From Octopus sinensis (Eukaryota), in contig NC_042997.1 of the NCBI RefSeq assembly GCF_006345805.1, positions 15,872,001-15,936,000 of the forward strand: a DNA stretch of 64,000 nt, in the 5' to 3' direction. The position numbers and the translations under genes are program-made. The stretch's first letter is position 1, and each line of letters begins with the position of its first letter. The notes under the pieces were generated by a model, which saw nothing but the letters and a program-made list of their open reading frames with translations, had not been told where the DNA came from and ran no database searches. Shown piece after piece: positions 38,100 through 48,228 of this stretch.

Positions 38100-40237
38100 T
38101 AAGTACCCAACGTTTCCTTCTGTTGCCTCAATGGAAACCTAGATGTCTCACTGGTAGCATTTCTGTAGATGTGTTTTGACAGAAGAAGCATTAGAATAGA
38201 GGCCTTCTTCAATCTGTATGTGCGATCGTCTAGTAGCAGGAGTACTTCCGATGTAGAATACGCTGCATTTGCTATTCGTGAGTTTATACGCCACGTAGGA
38301 CTGCAGACATAGATTTTCATTTCAGTTGAGCAATATATACATGTGGTGTTGTTTTGTCTTGGTTTGATTTTTTTTTAGTTAGGACCCTCATTAGGGACGG
38401 TATAGAGTGGGCCAGTCATGTATTCAGTCCTTCCCAATGGGTCGCACAGCAGATTGCAACAGTTTGTGGCAGTTTCAAGAAACACGTTATCCTTGGATTT
38501 TTTTTAGTTAGGACCCTCATTAGGGACGGTATAGAGTGGGCCAGTCATGTATTCAGTCCTTCCCAATGGTCGCACAGCAGATTGCAACAGTTGTGGCAGT
38601 TTCAAGAAACACGTTATCCTTGGATTTTTTTAGTTAGGGCCCTCATAAGGACGGTATAGAGTGGGCCAGTCATGTATTCAATCCTTCCCAATGGGTCGCA
38701 CAGCAGATTGCAACAGTTTGTGGCAGTTTCAAGAAACACGTTATCCTTGGATTTTTTTAGTTAGGACCCTCATTAAGGACGGTATAGAGTGGGCCAGTCA
38801 TGTATTCAGTCCTTCCCAATGGTCGCACAGCAGATTGCAACAGTTTGTGGCAGTTTCAAGAAACACGTATCCTTGGATTTTTTTTAGTTAGGACCCTCAT
38901 TAGGGACGGTATAGTGGGCCAGTCATGTATTCAATACTTCCCAATGGGTCGCACAGCAGATTGCAACAGTTTGTGGCAGTTTCAAGAAACACGTTATCCT
39001 TGGATTTTTTTTAGTTAGGACCCTCATTAGGGACGGTATAGAGTGGGCCAGTCATGTATTCAATCCTTCCCAATGGGTCGCACAGCAGATTGCAACAGTT
39101 TGTGGCAGTTTCAAGAAACACGTTATCCTTGGATTTTTTTTAGTTAGGACCCTCATTAGGGACGGTATAGAGTGGGCCAGTCATGTATTCAGTCCTTCCC
39201 AATGGGTCGCACAGCAGATTGCAACAGTTTGTGGCAGTTTCAAGAAACACGTTATCCTTGGATTTTTTTTAGTTAGGACCCTCATTAGGGACGGTATAGA
39301 GTGGGCCAGTCATGTATTCAGTCCTTCCCAATGGGTCGCACAGCAGATTGCAACAGTTTGTGGCAGTTTCAAGAAACACGTTATCCTTGGATTTTTTTAG
39401 TTAGGACCCTCATTAGGGACGGTATAGAGTGGGCCAGTCATGTATTCAGTCCTTCCCAATGGGTCGCACAGCAGATTGCAACAGTTTGTGGCAGTTTCAA
39501 GAAACACGTTATCCTTGGATTTTTTTTAGTTAGGACCCTCATTAAGGACGGTATAGAGTGGGCCAATCATGTATTCAGTCCTTCCCAATGGGTCGCACAG
39601 CAGATTGCAACAGTTTGTGGCAGTTTCAAGAAACACGTTATCCTTGGATTTTTTTTAGTTAGGACCCTCATTAGGGACGGTATAGAGTGGGCCAGTCATG
39701 TATTCAGTCCTTCCCAATGGGTAGCACAGCAGATTGCAACAGTTTGTGGCAGTTTCAAGAAACACGTTATCCTTGGATTTTTTTTAGTTAGGACCCTCAT
39801 TAGGGACGGTATAGAGTGGGCCAGTCATGTATTCAATACTTCCCAATGGGTCGCACAGCAGATTGCAACAGTTTGTGGCAGTTTCAAGAAACACGTTATC
39901 CTTGGATATATGCGTTTTGTTAGGTGGTCTGCTTATGTCCTAATGCTTAGTGAAAGATTATGGATAGCCATTCTCCATCAAGACCTTTCTGAATTGTATT
40001 GTATGGTGTTGGTGTTTTTGCTTCCTGCCATGTTACATTTACTGCGCATCCTGTGGATCCCATTTTGAATGTAGGCCATCTTAGCTCTGATGGTCAGGAA
40101 TGGATTGAATTGTAATACACAAATAGACCCCTTGTTTACCGCTTTTCTGTATACTTTAGTGGAGATACATCCATTCTCTGTGATTTTTGAGGTCAAAATC
40201 AAAGATAAGGAACCGATGTTAACGGGGTGCTTCACTT
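38100..40237 (-). pseudogene. Penelope-like retroelement remnant (RT thumb, linker, GIY-YIG) containing the 129-bp array
   Basis: ENGCISTKVYRK (RT C-terminus), LMENGYP, FLKLP in the repeat unit, then CIYC..IYVCSPTWRINSRI (GIY-YIG-like) in the expected order. Confidence 0.7.
38367..39907. repeat. Tandem array, 12 units of 126-129 bp
   Basis: GG(A/G)CCCTCAT at 38382, 38511, 38637, 38764, 38891, 39018, 39147, 39276, 39404, 39533, 39662, 39791. Confidence 0.97.
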
Positions 40238-40480
40238 AAAATTCTATAAGTTCATCGATATTGTTAGTTAGTTAGTTAGTTAGTTAGTTAATTTGGCTCA
40301 AAAGCAAATAGCAAGGCCATGTAGGGGGACATGACAAGATACACAGTAAATGTGGTGAGACAAGAAACAAAAATACCAACACCGTACGGTTCAGAAAGTC
40401 CTAAATAGAAAATGGCTAACCATACTCCTTCACTAAACGATTTCCGAGAAAGGGGTCTTAACCCTGAAATATTGAAGTAG

Positions 40481-40872
40481 CAGGAGTGGCTGTGTGGTAA
40501 GTAGCTTGCTAACCAACCACAAGTTTCCGGGTTCAGTCCCACTGCGTGGCATCTTGGGCAAGTGTCTTCTGCTATAGCCCCGGGCCGACCAATGCCTTGT
40601 GAGTGGATTTGGTAGACGGAAACTGAAAGAAGCCTGTCGTATATATGTATATATATGTATATGTGTGTGTGTGTTTGTGCCCCTAGCATTGCTTGACGAC
40701 CGATGCTGGTGTGTTTATGTCCCCGTCACTAGCGGTTCAGCAAAAGAGACCGATAGAATAAGTACTGGGCTTACAAAGAATAAGTCCCGGGGTCGATTTG
40801 CTCGACTAAAGGCGGTGCTCCAGCATGGCCGCAGTCAAATAACTGAAACAAGTCAAAGAGAGTCAAAGAGAG
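40481..40872 (+). mobile_element. SINE family A
   Basis: Full length. Confidence 0.9.
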
Positions 40873-41325
40873 CAGGTAAAACAACCAATCTTTTTTTTAT
40901 ATATTTATTTTGCATTGTTTGGCTTTAAAAAATATATTAGCAATATTTCGGTATTAGTACATGACGTCACTCATGAGTGAGTGCATGTGTGAGTGCCTGC
41001 TCGACTGCTCAGCTATGTCGAGCAAATGAAAGATAATGTTGCATACTCAATCATGACGTCATAGACTTGCCAATATATTAAAACTTTTATATGTCAGAGA
41101 ATGGTTTATGAAAACTATACTACTGTTGCACGCGCGCGCATGCGTGTGTCTGTAAAACAACTCCTTACTGAAGTGGACGTGTCGAAAAACTTAAAACACT
41201 ACTTCAGGAAGTGTGCTGTTTAGTTAGGCATAACCTGATCCAGATCCTAAGTGGTCGAGGTTACCTAAGCTATAATACATATACATATACACATACTGCG
41301 CATATTTATACTCATATATGGGTAC

Positions 41326-41715
41326 GTGGAGGCGCAATGGCCTAGTGGTTAGGGCAGCGGACTCGCGGTCGTAGGATCGCGGTTTCGATTCCTAGACCGG
41401 GCGTTGTGAGTGTTTATTGAGCGAAAACACGTAAAAGTTCCACGAGGTTCCGGCAGGGGATGGTGGTGATCCCTGCTGTACTCTTTCACCACAACTTTCT
41501 CTCACTCTTACTTCCTGTTTCTGTTGTACCTGTATTTCAAGGGGCCGGCCTTGTCACTTTCTGTGTCACGCTGAATATCCCCGAGAATTACGTTAAGGGT
41601 ACACGTGTCTGTGGAGTGCTCAGCCACTTACACGTTAATTTCACGAGCAGGCTGTTCCGTTGATTCGGATCAACCGGGACACTCGTCGTCGGAACCGACA
41701 GAGTGCTTCCATCCC
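41326..41715 (+). mobile_element. SINE family B1
   Basis: 22-bp TSD ATTTATACTCATATATGGGTAC; the right copy is split by a Helitron. Confidence 0.92.
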
Positions 41716-41728
41716 ATTTATACTCATA

Positions 41729-42112
41729 CTAGCAGTATCGCCCGGCGTTGCTCAGGTTTGTAAGGGAAATAACTATAAAGCATTTTTAGAGAGTTATAGC
41801 CAAAAAATAGCAAAAAATGGAAAAAAAATATGGTAAATTTTTTTTGAGAGTTAAAAAAGGATGGAGTTGCGTCCCCTAGACAGTTTGTGGTTCGTGTTTC
41901 TGATTCTCGACCCCATGTCGAATTTATCGATTTTTTTCAGAACTGGGGGAACTTTTCAAAATTTTGGCTGCGTTAGTTTTGAATTATGACATTGGGCTAT
42001 GTGTGTGTCAAGTTTCATCAGAATCGGTTGAAAGCCGTGGTCAGGGTGAGGGTACAAACTAACAGACACACAGAAACACACACAGACAAACTGTCGTTTA
42101 TATATAGAGAGA
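41729..42112 (-). mobile_element. Non-autonomous Helitron
   Basis: Inserted exactly between A and T of a SINE TSD with no duplication; TC...hairpin...CTAG termini. Confidence 0.93.
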
Positions 42113-42751
42113 TATGGGTACATATGTACGTATGTAATCCACATAAATCAAGACTAATTTATGATTCTATATATAATTCCAATTCCATTCACACTGTTAA
42201 AATTGCTTGAGAATAACAGAAATGACATAAATAATTAACATCATTTTATATGTATACAAAACATATCCACATATGTCTGTTAGTCATGTGTCTGCGACTC
42301 TTATACAAACGTGTTTCAATCTGTTGATTCCTGGCTTCTTCCTGGCTTCTTCCTTCCCAATCCCAACTTCAGTTACTTCCTCAATTACACATTTGCATTA
42401 GTACGGAATGAACATTTATGAGTTTCGGCCGCTCAGTATTGGTATTCACCAGTCGGAGTTGGATTAAGAATAGTAATTAACATTAGTACAAAGTGAAATA
42501 CGATTTATTGACGTTATTGCTGTGTATTTCTCACAGGTTAGTTAATTCTCAGCTGACTTTCCGCAGGCTCTATTAACTAATTGACCTCAAAAATCACAAC
42601 CATTCGTTCGCTGGTAACAGGAGGAGAGAGAGAGGTCTAATGGTCAATATTGCTGTTTGATTGAAATTCGAGGCGTCTGATGTTGGCCACTAATGAAGCT
42701 GCTATCAATCTACTAGCTTTATTGATCAGACCGTATAGAGGTGTGTATATC

Positions 42752-42879
42752 TCTGTGTTGGTGTGTGAATATTCATTTTTGTATGTGTGTACGTGTCGTA
42801 TATATGGGCGCATGTGCATATCTGTGTTTGTTTCTGCAAGCACTGGAATCTTTGTGTGCCTTGTGTGTGTGTGTGTATG

Positions 42880-42953
<74 letters not shown>

Positions 42954-43083
42954 AATACATACACACACACACACAAGGCACACAAAGATTCCAGTGCTTG
43001 CAGAAACAAACACAGATATGCACATGCGCCCATATATACGACACGTACACATACAAAAATGAATATTCACACACCAACACAGA
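42752..43083. repeat. ~330-bp near-perfect palindrome centred on (TA)n
   Basis: Unique-sequence arms are reverse complements except a 2-bp TG indel. Confidence 0.92.
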
Positions 43084-43126
43084 TATATATATATATTATA
43101 TATATATATATATTATATATATATAT

Positions 43127-43164
<38 letters not shown>

Positions 43165-43922
43165 TGTATGTATGCATGTGTATATATGTATATATATATA
43201 TGTATAATTATACATATGTATGTATGTATGTATGTATGTGTGTGTGTGTGTGTGTGTGTGTTTATATTTAATGCACATGTGTATAGACGGATGGTGTGCG
43301 CTCCCACTTAGCTGGGCATTAATTTGCAGATTGCAGAGTATTTAGCAGTCTTTTTATTCCGTTTTTATTTTTATCGTGGTTGTTCCTTTTTGTTGTATTT
43401 ATTAATTATTTTTATTGGTGTTAATGTTGTTAATGATGATGTTGTTATTGTTGTTGTCATTAATAGGCGTGATCTGATTTAGTTGAATAGACCATTCAAA
43501 GACAGAGGTTTGTTGGTCGAACCAAATATTTTGATCAACGGCTCTTGTTTGCAAATATTTCATTATTAGTGTGAGCATACAAATCGATCCCTGTAAAGTC
43601 AGTCTGGTACTTGCTTTATCGGTCGCTTTGCCGAACCACTAAGTTATTGGGGGTTAATAAACAAACCACCACCGGTTTTCAAGCGTCGGGGGAAAGGTTG
43701 AAAAGCACATACACATAGACGACACACGCGCGCGCGACAAACTTCCACACTGCTCCTATCTGCCAAATTCACTCAATAGAAGACGCATACCCAAGGTGCC
43801 GCAGTTGCGCGGCGGGAATGATCTAAAAACTACGTGGTTGTAAAGCGAACTTTTTAACCAGATATCCATGTCTGCACCCACACATACATACATACATACA
43901 TACATACATACATACATACATA

Positions 43923-44700
43923 CAGGAGATTGCCACAAAGTACCTGGTGAACAAGAGAAACGGTGACGCTCTTGCCACAAAGTACCTGGTGAACAAGACA
44001 AACAGTGATGCTCTTGCAATCCCAGGGTGCGACCCTATGTGTAGGCTATATCATGCTTCTGTGGAAGACATCACGCATGTGATTAGTAGCTGTCCTAAAG
44101 TGTCGTCACGGTACTATCTCCCTATGCGGTATGATGTTGCTAAAGCAATTTACAAAGCCATCTGCAAAAAATACTGTCCTGAAATAAACTTAGAAAATCC
44201 TTCTGTTATGGAACACATTCGTAAACATCAACTCAAGGAATACTGCTGGAATGTATCTATCAAAACTTCTGTCAAATGTAACCATAACAGGCTGGATATT
44301 GTTTTTGGGGACAGAGGGGCAAAGATATGTACCATCATAGAGGTCAGCTGCCTTGCAGATATAAATATCTCTTTGAAAATCAAAGAAAAAGACGATATCT
44401 ATGGACAACTGCTCTGAAACCTCCAGCTTCTATATCCAGACTATGAATTCATATTCATGCCAATAATAAACTAGGTTTTGTTACTAAATGCTTAAACGTT
44501 AATATGGATAAAGTGGGATTTTCTGAAAGAGAAATCGACCGGTTCATTCATGCATTACAGTTGCAATCTGTGAGTGGAACAGTAAAAATATGCAAGACTG
44601 TCTCAAGTTTCAAATGTGAATTTGTCTGTGTTAACTACATCCCAATGATGGAGGCTTGTATCTTTGTTGGAAACCTCAGTGGAAGATTAATAATAATTAA
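43923..44700 (+). pseudogene. R4/Dong-clade LINE 3' end (zinc knuckle and restriction-like endonuclease)
   Basis: QEIATKYL..CDPMCRLYHASVEDITHVISSCP..MRYDVA..NRLDIV..IIEVSC..KIKEKDDIYGQL; RHD and PD motifs mutated; 42-bp tandem duplication at 43931-44014; ends in TAATAATAA. Confidence 0.8.
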
Positions 44701-45140
44701 AAGATAGAAGAGACATTCATACATATTGATAGCTGATATCAACTTTACTCAAATATACCAATTAAAGTACAAATTTGTTGATTAAAACAAGTATTTGATG
44801 CATGTATCGTACCGCAAATATTTCCCTATGATTGGTAAACATTCCTTCTAAAGGTTTTTGAACTAAAAACTCATGGCTTTCTTGTTGCTTCATCGTTCAA
44901 ATCATACCCAGATTGTGTTAACCTACGTATGATTAAAAGCGATCTAGCCGTGACCATCCTGTTTTTTCTTTATTTCAGGCATTGTGTACGGAGTAATACA
45001 TTATTCACTGTGTCTTTTCTTTGTTTAAGGTAATACGGTATTTGAAGCAGATTTTTTGGCGATCTCTTACAGCGTAGAGGCTCCCTCGTTGGCTTGTGAA
45101 AGTAATTTTTATAAAAATTACGTTAAAGTTTTATAGAGAA

Positions 45141-45655
45141 CTAGCAGTATCGCCCGGCGTTGCTCGGGTTTGTAAGGGAAATAACTATATAAGCATTTTT
45201 AGAGAGTTACTTCCCTTATAGATGCCAATTCGGGCTTTCTTAGCCATTTCTGTTTTGGTGTTTTCAAGCCATGAAGTCGTTGTTCTAAAAGAACGCTGGT
45301 CTCCTTGACAACGCTTTACGACGTTGATTTCCTTACACTCCCTTCCCCACAGCTTCACGAGGGAGGGAAGAAGGGGGAGAAGCAAACACAGGTGCAGGTG
45401 TGACCATAGACGCCAACTCCGCCGCCATCGACACACGAAAAATTATGCATTAAAATGGAATAAAAAATTATGTTAAATTATTTTTAAAATCGTAGACTCA
45501 TTGTAGACGCGCGCTAATACTCAGACGAGCTCGATATAAATCACGACTATAAGATACCCGAATTTGGTTAAACTGCACCGCAAAATGTGGGAGTAGTTAG
45601 GAATCTAAATCGAAGGGGACAGACACTCACACAACCACAGTTTTATATATATAGA
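45141..45655 (-). mobile_element. Non-autonomous Helitron with extra ~210-bp internal segment
   Basis: A|TC and CTAG|T termini, same 3' hairpin; segment 45222-45435 absent from other copies. Confidence 0.88.
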
Positions 45656-47046
45656 TTAATTAGAAAAAGGAATAAGTATTCCTGGAATATGCACATAAAC
45701 CCATTACCTATTTTCCATTCAAGCTGGTGCCCCAGCATGGCTGCAGTCTAATGACTGAAACAAGTAAAAGATAAAGGATATCTATTTAGCCATATTTCAA
45801 AGCAAATTCTGTGTTTTATTCCTGACACAACATGCAAATTATAAGCATGAGAATCAGGATTTTCGTATAAGCCGAATCTCACTCAGCTTCAGCGCAATTA
45901 CAGCCATACATGTAGTTTTAGACAGGCTATATATATAATAATTCTCCCTGTTTAACTTTTGGTCCTTGAAGATGCATTTAGCGGAGTCCTTTCTTTTTTT
46001 TTTTTTTTTTGTTGCAAACGTTCAGATCATACCTTCAGGTTGAAGATATCAAAATCTTTTTCTCTTGCCCATACTAGCCTCGGAAGCCCTACAGAAATTG
46101 AGTGCTGCCTTGTCAAATAAAATAAATTATAAATACAAAGGAAATAATTTGGTGCCGTAGATTTGGCAATAGGTGTACGAAGAAAAATTATCTAAGGCTC
46201 CGTAAAGCATACGACTACATGCTCCTTAAAAGTACATACCACTCCTTAAAGTGTGCGGCCTACATGTTGTTTAAGATTACGCAACAACCTATTTGACACA
46301 CATCTTACATGTTCTTCAAAATTATTTTAGGTTCTTAAAAAGAATTCAGTAAAGAGTGCGGTTAACCAAGAGTTATACTAATGCAGTTTCTTTTTAAATA
46401 TTATAATATACAGAAATGATTAAGTTTTCTTTTGTTGTGTTGTTACTGGCCCCAGGCCAGCCCTAAGTGAGTAGACATATGATCAAAGGCGTTCTGATAC
46501 GACAGAGTCACACTTTACTTTCGGCTATGGTACGTTTAATGCTACATTCAGAGTAAACTTCTAAATATCAATTGTGTCAAGAAGGTTGGGTATAATTTAA
46601 GGGAAATTTGGTTGCTATTTCTAGCAGGTAAAGCGACTACCCAGAGACTTCCTTGTTGGCTTGTTGGCTAATTTGTTAGAGCAAATAGTGAGGTTAGTGA
46701 GTCAGGTGAAAATACGTAGCAAACTATTTATGCAACAGTGTCATTCGAGAAGGTTGCAGCTGATGGTTAATATACAGTAGAGGGTGGGGCGAGAAAATCT
46801 ACATATAACTCTGTGGTGGTGGTGGTGGTGGTGGTGGTGGTTGTATTGGTTGTTATGATGATGGTAGGAAGTGATATGCAAGTTGCCTTGTTTGATTAAA
46901 AAGAAGAGATTTATTTAGTTACAGGAAAGGGCGTTGTCGGTTGTTGCTGCTGTTCTTCGGCCAAGGCCAGACTTGACTGTACAAGTCTATAACCAAAGTC
47001 CTTCCAGCCATAACCATTCCATCTATTTTATACATACATACATATA

Positions 47047-47127
<81 letters not shown>

Positions 47128-47256
47128 TTTACGACCAGGCTATCAGGTGTTGCTACACATCGGTGGTCACAATGCGCTTCGCATTGTTTTAGCCTTCAAA
47201 TGACGCCACCCCGCTGGCTAAGCGAGCAGGCCATATATATATATATATATATATAT

Positions 47257-47493
47257 TCTCTTTCTCTCTTTTCTCTTTTACTTGTTTCAGTCATTTGACT
47301 GCGGCCATGCTGGAGCACCGCCTTTATTCGAGCAACTCGACCCCGGGACTTATTCTTTGTAAGCCCAGTACTTATTCTATCGGTCTCTTTTGCCGAACCG
47401 CTAAGTGACGGGGACATAAACACACCAGCATCGGTTGTCGAGCGATGTTGGTGGGACAAACACAGATATACAAACTCACACACACACACACAC

Positions 47494-47527
<34 letters not shown>

Positions 47528-47694
47528 CATATATACGACGGGCTTCTTTCAGTTTCCATCTACCAAATCCACTCACAAGGCTTTGGTCGGCCCGAGGCTA
47601 TAGTAGAAGACACTTGCCCAAGGTGCCACGCAGTGGGACTGAACCCGGAACCATGTGGTTGGTAAACAAGCTACTTACCACATAGCCACTCCTG
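47257..47694 (-). mobile_element. SINE family A
   Basis: Full length. Confidence 0.9.
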
Positions 47695-47706
47695 CTATAT
47701 ATATCC

Positions 47707-48085
47707 AGAACCGGGCGCCACTGCGTAGTACCAAGGACTCCAAATTTGCCATCAAGATGTAGGACAAGATATTGTGATAGCCTGGGCTTCAGAGGCCCAC
47801 AGCTCTTCAATATCCTCCCGAAGAACCTGAGGGACCTGCATGGTGTAGATGCGGATGTCTTTATAGTAGGACTGGATCGCTTCCTGTCAAGTGTCCCGGA
47901 TGAACCAACTTCACGGCAGGAGGTGCAGATGAGGGCAGCTGCATCGAACTCTCTCATGCATCAGATGGCGTTTGCTAAAAAGCATCCGTGAGGTAAAATC
48001 GTGTAGCAAACCAAATGGCGGTGCCCCAGCATGGCCACAGCTCATTAGCTGAAACTGGAAAAATCAAAAATCAATCAAAATCATA
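47707..48085 (+). pseudogene. CR1-group LINE 3' end
   Basis: RTGRHCVVP..GPQLFNILPK..DVF...LDRFL..VPDEP..RAAASNSL; 3' UTR with stem-loop and (AAAATC)-like tail. Confidence 0.75.
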
Positions 48086-48228
48086 TATATATATATATTA
48101 TATATATATATATATATTATATATATATATATATAATCCTGTTCTTTTAAACACAGCAGTGTGTGATTGGATGCAGGTTTAGGCTGCTATTTTTAACATG
48201 ACGAGTTTCTCCTCCTTGTTAAAAAATA

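Noticed and set aside
38367-39907. CRISPR-like array
   Set aside because: Whole units repeat with no unique spacers, no cas genes, eukaryotic context
39301-40068. 255-aa plus-strand ORF
   Set aside because: Arises from the 129-bp (multiple of 3) repeat; the recognisable motifs are on the minus strand
42680-43271. Matching ORFs on both strands (175, 176, 114 aa)
   Set aside because: They reflect the palindrome and microsatellites, not coding sequence
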